A stretch of 64,000 bases of DNA from Escherichia phage phT4A. The translations under genes were made by a program, and so were the position numbers. Where the stretch lies: sequence record NC_055712.1. One strand, written 5' to 3'. The notes under the pieces are model-generated. The model was not told where the DNA came from. It ran no database searches and saw only the letters and a list, made by a program, of their open reading frames with translations. This document shows positions 20,518 to 33,088 of the stretch, piece by piece. The stretch's first letter is position 1, and every line of letters starts with the position of its first letter.

Positions 20518-21132
20518 ATGCAATTTAGATTATATCTAGTAGAGTTTAAAACTTCTACGGGAATAAAAATATATGGAGGTAAACGCCATTCTCCATTTAA
20601 TGATCCTAGACATGATTGTTATTGCGGATCTGGGGTATACATCAAACGAGCATTAAAAAAATATGGAAGAGAATGTATTGTTAATATACAATGGTCAAAA
20701 CCGTTTCCAAACAAGGATTTATTAGCGGAAGCCGAAGAATTACTTGTTGATGAGTTGATAGCATCTTATGATAATTGTGTTAATTTAGTTCGTGGCGGTA
20801 AAGGAGGTGCTTCTTTTTATAATCCAGAAGATAACCCTAATTTTGGTTCTAAACGATCTATTGAATCTAAAATAAAGATGTCAGAAAAGGCAAAAAATAG
20901 GGTTTATAGCGAGGAAGGACTAAAACGAAGACAGGAAGCCACTAGGGTCATGATTCAACACAGAAAGCCTCGTGATGTTTCTGGAAGCAAAAACCCAGCC
21001 GCACGAAGGGTAATTGTGGATGGAGTAGAATACTCAACATTGAAAGAATGTGGAGATCATTACGGGATAACTAAAAACTCCGTCTTTAGTCGAATAAAAT
21101 CTAAGAAATGGGAGGGATGGAATTATGCGTGA
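20518..21132 (+). CDS. GIY-YIG family homing endonuclease (Seg-like), free-standing
   Basis: 204 aa; N-terminal GIY-YIG-like YLVEF...IKIYGG and GSGVYIKRALKKYG (paralogous to the 33089 gene), NUMOD3-like basic repeats, C-terminal HTH-like VDGVEYSTLKECGDHYGITKNSVFSRIK; AT-rich; inserted between gp13 and gp14. Confidence 0.65.
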   Translation: MQFRLYLVEFKTSTGIKIYGGKRHSPFNDPRHDCYCGSGVYIKRALKKYGRECIVNIQWSKPFPNKDLLAEAEELLVDELIASYDNCVNLVRGGKGGASFYNPEDNPNFGSKRSIESKIKMSEKAKNRVYSEEGLKRRQEATRVMIQHRKPRDVSGSKNPAARRVIVDGVEYSTLKECGDHYGITKNSVFSRIKSKKWEGWNYA

Positions 21133-21871
21133 TTGGGATGATAATTTATTCGCACAGTTGGAATCTGGCGAAGGTGTTGATAATAGTTTAAAAACGGAAG
21201 TTACTAACAAATACGTTAACTGGTACAAGTATAACCCTACTCAACAGTTACATGATTCACTAACAGCCGAAGCAATTCAAATGAAATCTCCGGATATGTA
21301 TTACGTCCGTCGAGAATTTGTTAATATTGATAAAATTTTGGGTGAAGACCGTGAATCGAAGTTTACAAAATCGTGGAAAATTGCAGCATACATCGATTCG
21401 TATGCAAACTACGAAGGACAGAGAGACTTTTACAGCAAATTCGGTATGATGTCAAACGATGAAATGACACTTGTGATCAATCCTCGTTTATTTGCACATC
21501 AAACTGATGGCGGGATCCCTGTTCTGGGGGATTTGATTTATTTCCCTATGGATAATAGCCTGTTTGAAATTACATGGATTGAGTTTGATCCGTTCTTCCA
21601 GTTCGGTGATCGTCCTCAACGTAAAATCAACCTCGTTAAATTTATCTATACTGGTGAAGAATTGGATCCTAAACTGCAACGAAATGAAGGGATTAACCTT
21701 GCTCCAGATGCTGATCTGGATCTCGAACCTATTCGAAATCTTGATGGATTGGCTGATACCAATATTGAACAATACGAAGAAGATCAAGCCTTTGAAGATG
21801 AAGGCGATGAATTCATTGAATCGTTTGATGTTGTTAACGGACGCGGATCACCGTTCGCACAGTTCCCATAA
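21125..21871 (+). CDS. gp14: gp14 neck protein
   Basis: 248 aa (T4 256 aa); synteny between gp13 and gp15; start overlaps endonuclease gene end. Confidence 0.75.
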   Translation: MRDWDDNLFAQLESGEGVDNSLKTEVTNKYVNWYKYNPTQQLHDSLTAEAIQMKSPDMYYVRREFVNIDKILGEDRESKFTKSWKIAAYIDSYANYEGQRDFYSKFGMMSNDEMTLVINPRLFAHQTDGGIPVLGDLIYFPMDNSLFEITWIEFDPFFQFGDRPQRKINLVKFIYTGEELDPKLQRNEGINLAPDADLDLEPIRNLDGLADTNIEQYEEDQAFEDEGDEFIESFDVVNGRGSPFAQFP

Positions 21872-21874
21872 ATA
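21867..21874 (+). promoter_or_regulatory. possible late promoter variant CATAAATA
   Basis: 7/8 match to TATAAATA, about 80 nt upstream of gp15. Confidence 0.25.
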
Positions 21875-21951
21875 TAACCAGGGGAAACCCTATACATGTA
21901 AGGGTATAAGATTTCTCCTATACCCGCTTTAACCCATACAGGAAAAATAAA

Positions 21952-22772
21952 ATGTTTGGATTTTGGTATAATAGTTCGCTGCGAAATTATATTGTCTTGA
22001 TGGGTTGTCTTTTCAATCACGTGCAAGTTAAACGCATTCGCGGCGAACAAGAAAAATTTATCAAGGTTCCGATTACCTACGCATCAAAAGAAAAATTCCT
22101 GGCATCCATGAACAAGCTGAACTATGCATACAGTCAGGAAAATGTTGCTAAAACGGAAACAATTTTACCACGTATGAATCTATCCCTCGTTGATTTGCAG
22201 TATAACGCAATTCGTAAAACGGGGATCGCGGTAAACCAAAAAATGACGCAGTTACGCGCACCTGGAAAAACAGTAACGCAGTTTAACCCTGCTCCGTATC
22301 GTCTCATGTTCGAACTGGGAGTGTATACCCGTTACGAAGATGATGTGTTTCAGATCATAGAACAGATACTGCCATACTTCCAGCCGCATTTCAACTGTCG
22401 TATTACAGAATTACATAAAAACGACATTAAAATAGACCGAGATATTAAAATATCTCTGCAATCTGTTTCCCCTGATACCACGTTTGAAGGTGATACAACG
22501 ACACGGCGACACATTGAATGGTCTTTAATGTTTGAATTACAGGGCTACCTGTATCCGCCTGTTAACGAGATTAAAGGCGAGATCAGAACAGTATACACGG
22601 ATTTCTTTTCCAATATGAACCCGTTGGACAAAGACAATTTTGAATCCGTTGATGCTCAGGTGGATCCGGTTGATATGCCTATACAGGATTACACGGGAGA
22701 AGAATACGTTCAAACGTATGCTAATGATATCCCAATTCCTAGCGGTGATCAACCTCCTAAACCGAGGGGCCA

Positions 22773-22776
<4 letters not shown>
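21952..22776 (+). CDS. gp15: gp15 tail sheath stabilizer and completion protein
   Basis: 274 aa (T4 272 aa); synteny. Confidence 0.8.
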
Positions 22777-25116
<2,340 letters not shown>

Positions 25117-25132
25117 TAGAGGAAACTTAATA

Positions 25133-27124
25133 ATGGCTTTAATCTCTCCAGGCATTGAAACTAAAGAAACATCGGTACAATCTACCGTTGTTCGAAATTC
25201 AACTGGTCGTGCTGCTATTGTTGGTAAATTTTCATGGGGGCCAGCTTACCAGATCCGTCAGATTTCTAACGAAGTCGAACTGGTAAACTATTTTGGCTCC
25301 CCAGACAATGACACCGCTGATTATTTCATGAACGCTGTAAACTTTTTACAGTTCGGTCAGGATCTGCGTGTTGTTCGTGTCGTCGATAAAGAAGCCGCAA
25401 AAAACGCAACCGCGATCTATAATCAGATCAAAACCACGATCACCGCTGCTGGTTCTAACTATGCAGTAGACGATCAGATCAAAGTTAAACACAATAACGT
25501 TGTTATTGAAGAAGATGGTGTTGTTACCAGCGTTGATGATCAGGGTAAAATCCTGTCTGTGTTCATTCCGAGCACTAAGATCATCGCACATGCTAAACAG
25601 GTTGGTGTATATCCGGATCTATCTAGTGGCTGGACTACAGAAATCATTTCCAGTTCTTCTGGTGTTTCTGCTACGATTACAATCGACGGCGTAGAAGTTG
25701 ATCCGGGTATTACTCTGCTCAACCTTGATACCGCAAAAGAAACTATTCAGGCAACTGCTTTCCAGGAACTTTGCACCAAATACCAGCTACCGTCTGTTAT
25801 TGCAATTTATCCTGGCGAAATGGGTAGCACCGTAACGGTTGAAATTCTGTCTAAAGCTGCATACGATTCTTCGGCTGTCATTAAGTCTTATCCTTCTGGT
25901 AAGTCTGGTAAAAACAGCGGTCGCAGTTCGATGAACTTTGGCCCTCAGAATGATAACCAATACGCGTTTATCGTTCGCCGTGGTGGTATTATCCAAGAAA
26001 CGTTTATCGTGTCAACCGCTAAGGGTGATAAAGATATCTACGGTTCAACGATCTACATGGATGATTTCTTTGCAAACGGTGGTTCGCAGTATCTGTATGG
26101 TACGTCCCTAAACTGGCCTGTCGGATTCTCCGGCGTTCTGGAACTGGGCGGCGGTACTTCTGCAAACTCCACTGTAGGCGCTGATGAACTCATGGCTGGT
26201 TGGGATATGTTCGCAGATCGTGAATCTCTGCATGTTCCTCTGCTGATTGCGGGTGCTTGTGCTGGCGAAACTGCCGAAATTTCGTCTACTGTACAGAAAC
26301 ACGCTGTGTCTATCGGTGAAACCCGTTCAGATTGCGTTGTATTCGTTTCTCCGCCGCGTTCTGCTCTGGTTAATATCCCACTGGCTCAGGCCGTTGATAA
26401 CCTCGTAGAATGGCGTACAGGCTACAAAATCGGTAATACTACCCCAGTTGATAATAACATGAACGTAAGTTCAAGTTATGCGTTCATCGACGGTAACTAT
26501 AAGTTCCAGTATGATAAATACAACGATGTTAACCGTTGGATCCCGCTCGCGGGTGATATGGCTGGCCTCTGTGTTTATACCGATCAGGTATCGCAACCGT
26601 GGATGTCTCCGGCTGGCTACAACCGTGGTCAACTGCGTAACTGCATCAAACTGGCTATCGAACCGACCAACGCGCATCGCGATTCTATGTACCAGGTACA
26701 GATTAACGCGGTTACTGGTTTCTCTGGTGGTGCCGGATACATTCTGTACGGTGATAAAACCGCAACGACTGTTCCAAGCCCGTTTGACCGTATCAACGTT
26801 CGTCGCTTGTTCAACATGATCAAGAAAGACATTGGCGATAACGCAAAATATAAACTGTTTGAGAATAACGATGATTTCACTCGTTCTTCCTTCCGTATGG
26901 ATGCAGGACAGTATATGTCTAACGTTCGCGCTCTGGGCGGTGTATACGATTACCGTGTGGTTTGTGACACTACGAACAACACGCCGGATGTTATTGATCG
27001 CAATGAGTTTATTGCATCAATCTACGTCAAACCAGCACGTTCTATCAACTACATCACACTGAACTTCGTAGCAACCTCAACTGGTGCGGATTTCGATGAG
27101 TTGATTGGATCAACGTCAGTATAA
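25133..27124 (+). CDS. gp18: gp18 tail sheath protein
   Basis: ATG at 25133 with GAGGAAA RBS (MALISPGIETKETSV...); 663 aa (T4 659 aa). Confidence 0.9.
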   Translation: MALISPGIETKETSVQSTVVRNSTGRAAIVGKFSWGPAYQIRQISNEVELVNYFGSPDNDTADYFMNAVNFLQFGQDLRVVRVVDKEAAKNATAIYNQIKTTITAAGSNYAVDDQIKVKHNNVVIEEDGVVTSVDDQGKILSVFIPSTKIIAHAKQVGVYPDLSSGWTTEIISSSSGVSATITIDGVEVDPGITLLNLDTAKETIQATAFQELCTKYQLPSVIAIYPGEMGSTVTVEILSKAAYDSSAVIKSYPSGKSGKNSGRSSMNFGPQNDNQYAFIVRRGGIIQETFIVSTAKGDKDIYGSTIYMDDFFANGGSQYLYGTSLNWPVGFSGVLELGGGTSANSTVGADELMAGWDMFADRESLHVPLLIAGACAGETAEISSTVQKHAVSIGETRSDCVVFVSPPRSALVNIPLAQAVDNLVEWRTGYKIGNTTPVDNNMNVSSSYAFIDGNYKFQYDKYNDVNRWIPLAGDMAGLCVYTDQVSQPWMSPAGYNRGQLRNCIKLAIEPTNAHRDSMYQVQINAVTGFSGGAGYILYGDKTATTVPSPFDRINVRRLFNMIKKDIGDNAKYKLFENNDDFTRSSFRMDAGQYMSNVRALGGVYDYRVVCDTTNNTPDVIDRNEFIASIYVKPARSINYITLNFVATSTGADFDELIGSTSV

Positions 27125-27130
27125 CATGTA

Positions 27131-27148
27131 AGGGGCTGAAAAGCCCCT
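27131..27148 (+). other. stem-loop between gp18 and gp19 (no U-tract)
   Basis: AGGGGCT-gaaa-AGCCCCT; abuts late promoter. Confidence 0.4.
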
Positions 27149-27155
27149 ATAAATA
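27148..27155 (+). promoter_or_regulatory. T4-type late promoter TATAAATA
   Basis: Exact TATAAATA 18 nt upstream of gp19 ATG. Confidence 0.5.
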
Positions 27156-27172
27156 CACATAGAGGTTAGAAA

Positions 27173-27658
27173 ATGCTTACTGATATTGTACGCGCCTTTG
27201 AATCCGGTGATTTCGCACGTCCGAACCTGTTCGAAGTAGAGATCCCGTACCTGGGCAAAAACTTTAAATTAAAATGTAAAGCCGCTACTATGCCAGCGTC
27301 TACCGTTGAAAAAGTTCCGGTAGGTTACATGAACCGCAAAATTAACGTTGCTGGTGACCGTACCTATGATGACTGGACAATCACGGTATATAACGACGAT
27401 GCACACACAACCCGTGATGCAATCGTAGCATGGTCAAACATGCTGCATGGTATGGGTGAAGACATTACAGGGGATATCCCTGCAAACTACAAAAAAACCG
27501 CTACGGTTAAACAAAAAAACCGTAACGACGAAGTAACCGCCGAACATACCATTTATGGCCTGTTCCCGACCAACGTTGGTGAGGTTACTTTAGACTGGGA
27601 TAGCAACAACGAAGTGAGCACTTTTGAGTGTACTTTCGCGCTAGACTGGTGGGTTTAA
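27173..27658 (+). CDS. gp19: gp19 tail tube protein
   Basis: 161 aa; RAFESGDFARPNLFEVEIPYLG...MNRKINVAGDRTYDDWT nearly identical to T4 gp19. Confidence 0.95.
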   Translation: MLTDIVRAFESGDFARPNLFEVEIPYLGKNFKLKCKAATMPASTVEKVPVGYMNRKINVAGDRTYDDWTITVYNDDAHTTRDAIVAWSNMLHGMGEDITGDIPANYKKTATVKQKNRNDEVTAEHTIYGLFPTNVGEVTLDWDSNNEVSTFECTFALDWWV

Positions 27659-27662
27659 ACGC

Positions 27663-27670
27663 TATAAATA
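27663..27670 (+). promoter_or_regulatory. T4-type late promoter TATAAATA
   Basis: Exact TATAAATA upstream of gp20; followed by 5'-UTR hairpin GGGGTAGCAATACCCC. Confidence 0.5.
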
Positions 27671-27713
27671 TAGGGGTAGCAATACCCCTTATCATTATTT
27701 TTCGGAGTTGTAA

Positions 27714-29288
27714 ATGAACTTTTTTGGATTAGACAATGTGTTAGGGTTTTTCAAAAATTTCGCCAAACAGGATGAAATGGAATTTGAAGCCCAATTAAAA
27801 GATGATACAGGTTCGATTGCGCCTCCGAAAAATAACGACGGGGCGCACGAAATCGAAACGGACTTATCAAACCAGCGTTATTCTTCTGTGTTCCAACAGT
27901 TCTATTCCGGACAGGATCCGCGAATTCAGAACAAAACACAGCTAATAAATACATACCGTGGCATCATGACATACCCGGAAGTGGAAAACGCTGTTTCTGA
28001 AATCATTAACGAAGCGATTGTTAATGAACAAGGAAAAGATATTGTTACGATGGATCTTACTAAAACGAATTTTAGTAAAAATATCCAAGATAAGATCATG
28101 GAAGAACTCGATACCGTAATGAATATTCACGATTTCGATAACCGAGGCTCTCGTTTATTCCGTGATTGGTATGTTGATTCGCGTATCTATTTCCATAAAA
28201 TCATGCACAAAAATGAAGCTGACGGCATCAAAGAATTGCGCCAGTTAGATCCCCGTTGCATGGAACTGATCCGAGAATCGGTTACAGAAACCCTACCCGG
28301 TGGGGTTAAAATTTTCCGTGGCTATCGTGAATACTTCGTATACACCGCACCGAAAAACGGTTATAGCTACAACGGACAGATTTATAGTCACAATGACAAG
28401 GTAAAAATTCCTCGCTCTGCGATTGTTTACGCTCATAGCGGCCTTGAAGATTGCGACAACAACATTATAGGCTACCTGCACCGCGCGGTCAAGCCAGCTA
28501 ACCAGTTGCGTTTGCTGGAAGATGCTATGGTGATTTACCGTATTACCCGTGCGCCTGAACGTCGTGTGTTCTATATCGACGTAGGTCAGATGGGTGGCCC
28601 TAAAGCTACACAGTACGTAAATAACATTGCACAGGGCTTAAAAAACCGTGTTGTATATGACGCGAGCACTGGTAAAGTTAAGAATCAGCAAAATAACCTG
28701 TCAATGACAGAGGACTATTGGCTGATGCGTCGTGATGGTAAAGCAGTTACCGAAGTTTCAACGCTTCCTGGTGGCACTGCCTTCTCTGATATCGACGATG
28801 TTAAATGGTTTAACCGTAAGCTGTATGAAGCGTTGCGTATTCCGTTAAGCCGTATGCCTCGCGATGATGGCGGTATCCAGTTGGGTAACGATGGCGGTAT
28901 TACCCGCGACGAATTGAACTTTAGCAAATTTATTCGCGAATTGCAAATTCAATTCAACCCTGTTCTTGCGGATCCGTTAAAAACTAACTTGATCGCGAAG
29001 AAAATCATTACAGAAGATGAATGGGATGAAAACGTAAGTAAGATTGCTTTTGTATATCAGCAAGATTCTTACTATTCCGAAATCAAAGATATTGAGATTT
29101 TGGAACGCCGTTTAAACCTGATGGGCCAACTTGAAGGAGTGGTCGGCAAATATATCTCCCATAAATACGTAATGAAAGAAGTTCTCCGGATGTCTGATGA
29201 GGAAATTCAAAGCGAAGCCAAACAGATAGAAGAAGAATCAAAAGAAGAACGTTTTAAAAATCCAGAAGCGGAAGAGGAAAACTTTTGA
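27714..29288 (+). CDS. gp20: gp20 portal vertex protein
   Basis: 524 aa (T4 524 aa); synteny. Confidence 0.9.
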   Translation: MNFFGLDNVLGFFKNFAKQDEMEFEAQLKDDTGSIAPPKNNDGAHEIETDLSNQRYSSVFQQFYSGQDPRIQNKTQLINTYRGIMTYPEVENAVSEIINEAIVNEQGKDIVTMDLTKTNFSKNIQDKIMEELDTVMNIHDFDNRGSRLFRDWYVDSRIYFHKIMHKNEADGIKELRQLDPRCMELIRESVTETLPGGVKIFRGYREYFVYTAPKNGYSYNGQIYSHNDKVKIPRSAIVYAHSGLEDCDNNIIGYLHRAVKPANQLRLLEDAMVIYRITRAPERRVFYIDVGQMGGPKATQYVNNIAQGLKNRVVYDASTGKVKNQQNNLSMTEDYWLMRRDGKAVTEVSTLPGGTAFSDIDDVKWFNRKLYEALRIPLSRMPRDDGGIQLGNDGGITRDELNFSKFIRELQIQFNPVLADPLKTNLIAKKIITEDEWDENVSKIAFVYQQDSYYSEIKDIEILERRLNLMGQLEGVVGKYISHKYVMKEVLRMSDEEIQSEAKQIEEESKEERFKNPEAEEENF

Positions 29289-29531
29289 TGAAAGAATTTA
29301 TCGAAGCAATCAAAAGCGGTAATCTGGTGGAAGCTAAAAAAAACTTTTTACTCCATCATGGAAGACCGCAAAGAAGCGCTTCGTCACGAATTGCGCGTTG
29401 AACTTGCCGAAGCTGTACGCATCGAAGGCGAAGAAGACAAAGAAAAAGACGACGAAGGCGCTGATAAAGATGACGAAAATGGCGATAAAAAGCCAGCCGA
29501 GGATGATAAATCCGATAAAGATGATGAGTGA
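29288..29531 (+). CDS. gp67: gp67 prohead core protein, reading frame interrupted at A8/T5 tract 29336-29349
   Basis: ATG 29288 overlaps gp20 stop; MKEFIEAIKSGNLVEAKKNF then +1 frame SIMEDRKEALRHE...acidic tail ending 29531; fused length 80 aa equals T4 gp67. Confidence 0.6.
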
Positions 29532-29539
29532 GGTGTGTA

Positions 29540-29944
29540 ATGCAACTTGACATCGAAATCACCGCCGAAGATCTCCAGGAACATTTAGACGAAGCGAAAG
29601 CCCGTGTAGATATTCTGGGTATCGATGAAGGCACGGTTAAAATCATCGAAAATTTGGCGGTCACCGAACCAAATTTAGCCCTTGCTATGATGGCGGTTGT
29701 TGAAGGTTTAACACTTGATGAGGTAATTGTCAAGCATGTTGATTCCCGTGGCAACGTAGAACGCCTCAAAGACAGGAAAACCCGTGAGCGTAATGCGTAT
29801 CAGACGACCGGATTAACTAAATCCCAACGTCGCCAGATCGCGCGTCGTGCTCTCAAAACAAAACGTGCTAACCCGTCAATTGCTACTCGCGCACAACGTA
29901 AGCGCAAGAAAGCATTGCGTAAACGTGCTGCACTGGGGCTATAA
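29540..29944 (+). CDS. gp68: gp68 prohead core protein
   Basis: ATG 29540 with GAGG RBS; ~134 aa (T4 141 aa); basic C-terminus. Confidence 0.65.
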   Translation: MQLDIEITAEDLQEHLDEAKARVDILGIDEGTVKIIENLAVTEPNLALAMMAVVEGLTLDEVIVKHVDSRGNVERLKDRKTRERNAYQTTGLTKSQRRQIARRALKTKRANPSIATRAQRKRKKALRKRAALGL

Positions 29945-29946
29945 AT

Positions 29947-30594
29947 ATGAATGAATCCCAAATCAACGAAAACGGCGATATGCTTTTAATCGAAGAATGG
30001 GGTTTACCTTGCGGTGACGTTTCAGAATCTATTTTAGAATCTGTTGGGGAATCAAAAGACGGTAAATTGCGGATCGAAGGTATTTTCCTTCAAGCCGAAA
30101 AGGTTAACCGTAACCGTCGTTTGTATCCTAAAAACGTACTTGAAGAAGCAGTTAACGATTATATTAGAACTCAAGTTAACACCCGTCAAGCATTAGGTGA
30201 AATGAATCACCCTCCGCGCCCGAATGTGGATCCGCGAAATGCTTGCATCCTGATTGAAAAATTGTGGTGGAAGGGTAACGATGTTTGGGGCCGCGCTGTT
30301 GTTGTTGAAGGCGACGGTGGTGATGGTGACAAACTGGCGGCGTTGATTCGTGCTGGTTGGGTTCCTGGTGTTTCTTCCCGTGGATTAGGTAAGCTCTCCG
30401 ATTCCGGCAAAGGCTACGGCGTTGTACAAAAGGGCTTTAAATTAGCTGTAGGCGTTGATGTCGTCTGGGGGCCAAGCGCACCTGATGCATATGTTAAGCC
30501 TATAGTGGAAAATCAGCAAAGCAAACCGCTTGTTGAGAATAATAGTGCTGATGACGCTTTTCGGGAATTGTCCGAGCGTTTGAAAGGTCTATAA
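29947..30594 (+). CDS. gp21: gp21 prohead core scaffold protein and protease
   Basis: 215 aa (T4 212 aa); synteny. Confidence 0.85.
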   Translation: MNESQINENGDMLLIEEWGLPCGDVSESILESVGESKDGKLRIEGIFLQAEKVNRNRRLYPKNVLEEAVNDYIRTQVNTRQALGEMNHPPRPNVDPRNACILIEKLWWKGNDVWGRAVVVEGDGGDGDKLAALIRAGWVPGVSSRGLGKLSDSGKGYGVVQKGFKLAVGVDVVWGPSAPDAYVKPIVENQQSKPLVENNSADDAFRELSERLKGL

Positions 30595-30597
30595 ATA
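30590..30597 (+). promoter_or_regulatory. T4-type late promoter TATAAATA
   Basis: Exact TATAAATA 30 nt upstream of gp22 ATG. Confidence 0.5.
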
Positions 30598-30626
30598 CAT
30601 TAAACAAAACAACAGGAAAATCAAAA

Positions 30627-31415
30627 ATGCTTAAAGAACAACTGCTGGCGGAAGCCCAGAACCTGGATACTCCGGTCGAGTTAGACAGCATTTTCGAATC
30701 AGTTGAACTTTCTGATGACGTGAAAGCGACATTCACCACTGTATTCGAACAAGCTGTAAAAGCTGGCGCGGCAAAACTCGCTGAATCCCACATTACCCAG
30801 ATCGCGGAACGTTCCGACGAACTGGTCGAAGCTCAGGTAACTGAACGTGCCGCTGAAATCGAAACTAAGCTGTACGAAGATGCTGATAAATATTTTGCGC
30901 ACATTTCCGAAGAATGGCTGAAAGAAAACAAAGAAGCCGTTTCCCGTGACATCAAAGCAGATCTGTTTGAATCCCTGATCATGGGCCTCAAAGAAGTTCT
31001 GGTTGAACATAACGTTGTCATTCCGGAAGAACAGGTTGATGTAGTCGCCGAACTGGAAGACGAACTGACTGAGAATCAGCAGGAAGTTAAAACCCTGTTT
31101 GAAGCAAATCAGGAACTGACCAAAGAAATTTCAGAAATGAAACGCAATGCAGTAGTTTCAGAGAAAACTAAAGGTTTGACCGAATCTCAGGTCGAAAAAG
31201 TAGAATCTCTGATTGAAGGGCTGGAATATTCCGCAACCTTCGAAAATAAACTCAGCGCAATTGTTGAAATGGTAGCAACCAAAGCTGAAAAACCCGTTGA
31301 CGAGTCTGTAAATACTCCGCAAACGAAAGATGACTTTGTTCCGGTAGTCGAAAGTGTTCCGGCAGAGAAATCCAAGATCAATAAATATGTACAAGCGGCA
31401 AAAGCCCTTTCTTAA
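30627..31415 (+). CDS. gp22: gp22 prohead core scaffold protein
   Basis: 262 aa, acidic coiled-coil composition (T4 269 aa); synteny. Confidence 0.8.
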   Translation: MLKEQLLAEAQNLDTPVELDSIFESVELSDDVKATFTTVFEQAVKAGAAKLAESHITQIAERSDELVEAQVTERAAEIETKLYEDADKYFAHISEEWLKENKEAVSRDIKADLFESLIMGLKEVLVEHNVVIPEEQVDVVAELEDELTENQQEVKTLFEANQELTKEISEMKRNAVVSEKTKGLTESQVEKVESLIEGLEYSATFENKLSAIVEMVATKAEKPVDESVNTPQTKDDFVPVVESVPAEKSKINKYVQAAKALS

Positions 31416-31434
31416 TTTCAAAAGGTAAGAAACA

Positions 31435-33003
31435 ATGTCTAAGAAAAACGAATTGATGGAAAAATGGAACGATCTTCTGGAGTCTCAGGAAGGCTTACCG
31501 GATATCGCTACCAAATCCAAAAAACAACTGATTGCTGCCATTATGGAAGCACAGGAAAAAGACGCAGAAGTTGATCCGGTTTACCGCGACGAGAAAATCG
31601 TTGAATCCTTCGGTGGTTTCCTGGCGGAAGCTGAAATTGCTGGTGACCACGGTTACGACGCAACCAAAATCGCTTCTGGTAACTCAAGCGGTGCTATCAC
31701 CAACATCGGCCCTGCTGTAATCGGTATGGTTCGCCGTGCGATTCCTAACCTGATTGCGTTCGATATCTGCGGTGTTCAGCCTATGACTGGCCCTACTGGT
31801 CAGGTGTTCGCTCTCCGCGCAGTGTACGGCAAAGATCCGCTGGCTTCCGGTGCTAAAGAAGCATTCCATCCGATGTTCTCCCCGGATAGCATGTACTCCG
31901 GTCAGGGCGCGGCTCCGAGCAACGGCTTTAACGAACTGGCTTCCGGTACTGCTATCGCTGACGGCGCTATCGTGTTCCACGATTTCTCTGAAACTGGTCG
32001 TGTGTTCCTCCAGAACGTTTCTGGCTCTCCGGTTACTGTAACTGGTTCTACCGCCGATGCTCTGGATGCTGCTGTTATCGCCGAACAGGAAAAAGGTACT
32101 CTGGCTGAAATTTCTTACGGTATGGCTACCAGTGTAGCAGAACTGCAAGAACAGTTCAACGGTTCTACTGGCAACCCGTGGAACGAAATGGGCTTCCGTA
32201 TCGATAAGCAGGTTATCGAAGCACGTAGCCGCCAACTGAAAGCACAGTACTCTGTAGAACTGGCTCAGGATCTCCGCGCTGTTCACGGTATGGACGCTGA
32301 CGCCGAACTGTCTGCTATTCTGGCAACCGAAATCATGCTGGAAATCAACCGCGAAATCGTTGACATGATCAACTATACCGCACAGGTTGGTAAAACTGGT
32401 TTCACTCAGACCGTTGGCTCTAAAGCTGGTGCGTTTGACTTCCAGGATCCGATTGATGTTCGTGGCGCTCGTTGGGCTGGTGAAAGCTACAAAGCTCTGC
32501 TGATTCAGATCGACAAAGAAGCAAACGAAATCGCACGTCAAACTGGTCGTGGTGCTGGTAACTTCATCATCGCTTCCCGTAACGTGGTTTCCGCTCTGGC
32601 TCGTATCGATAGCGGTATCACTCCGGCAGGTCAAGGTCTCCAGAAGACTCTGAACGTTGACACCACTAAAGCAGTATTCGCTGGTGTTCTGGGTGGCGTG
32701 TACAAAGTATACATCGACCAGTATGCACGTGGTGATTACTTCACCGTGGGTTACAAAGGCGATAACGAAATGGATGCTGGTATCTACTACGCTCCGTATG
32801 TTGCGCTGACCCCGCTGCGTGGTTCTGATCCGAAGAACTTCCAGCCAGTAATGGGCTTCAAAACTCGTTACGGTGTAGGTATCAACCCGTTTGCGAACTC
32901 TCGCTCTCAGGCTCCGTCCGACCGTATCACTTCTGGTATGATTACCAAAGAAATGTTCGGTAAAAACGCATACTTCCGCAAGGTTTATGTGAAAGGCTTA
33001 TAA
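31435..33003 (+). CDS. gp23: gp23 major capsid protein
   Basis: 522 aa; long identical runs to T4 gp23 (IGPAVIGMVRRAIPNLIAFDICGVQPM, DAGIYYAPYVALTPLRGSDPKNFQPVMGFKTRYG). Confidence 0.97.
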   Translation: MSKKNELMEKWNDLLESQEGLPDIATKSKKQLIAAIMEAQEKDAEVDPVYRDEKIVESFGGFLAEAEIAGDHGYDATKIASGNSSGAITNIGPAVIGMVRRAIPNLIAFDICGVQPMTGPTGQVFALRAVYGKDPLASGAKEAFHPMFSPDSMYSGQGAAPSNGFNELASGTAIADGAIVFHDFSETGRVFLQNVSGSPVTVTGSTADALDAAVIAEQEKGTLAEISYGMATSVAELQEQFNGSTGNPWNEMGFRIDKQVIEARSRQLKAQYSVELAQDLRAVHGMDADAELSAILATEIMLEINREIVDMINYTAQVGKTGFTQTVGSKAGAFDFQDPIDVRGARWAGESYKALLIQIDKEANEIARQTGRGAGNFIIASRNVVSALARIDSGITPAGQGLQKTLNVDTTKAVFAGVLGGVYKVYIDQYARGDYFTVGYKGDNEMDAGIYYAPYVALTPLRGSDPKNFQPVMGFKTRYGVGINPFANSRSQAPSDRITSGMITKEMFGKNAYFRKVYVKGL

Positions 33004-33026
33004 GTTATTGAAAAATAACGATATTA

Positions 33027-33053
33027 AAGGGAACCTTCGGGTTCCCTTTTTCA
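33027..33053 (+). terminator. rho-independent terminator after gp23
   Basis: GGGAACCttcgGGTTCCC followed by TTTTTC. Confidence 0.65.
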
Positions 33054-33057
33054 TTTC

Positions 33058-33065
33058 TATAAATA
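33058..33065 (+). promoter_or_regulatory. T4-type late promoter TATAAATA
   Basis: Exact TATAAATA 24 nt upstream of the endonuclease ATG. Confidence 0.45.
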
Positions 33066-33088
33066 GTGAAAACAATTGAGGCTATATT

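Noticed and set aside
29940-29947. Exact TATAAATA overlapping the gp21 start codon
   Set aside because: The box ends on the A of the ATG, so a transcript starting downstream could not include the gp21 start; likely coincidental.
31684-32634. 316-aa minus-strand ORF inside gp23, and similar antisense ORFs (e.g. 1178-1675, 3885-4229, 12299-12727, 60435-60875)
   Set aside because: They lie entirely within strongly supported structural genes on the opposite strand, have low-complexity Ser/Thr/Arg-rich translations and no RBS; treated as shadow ORFs.
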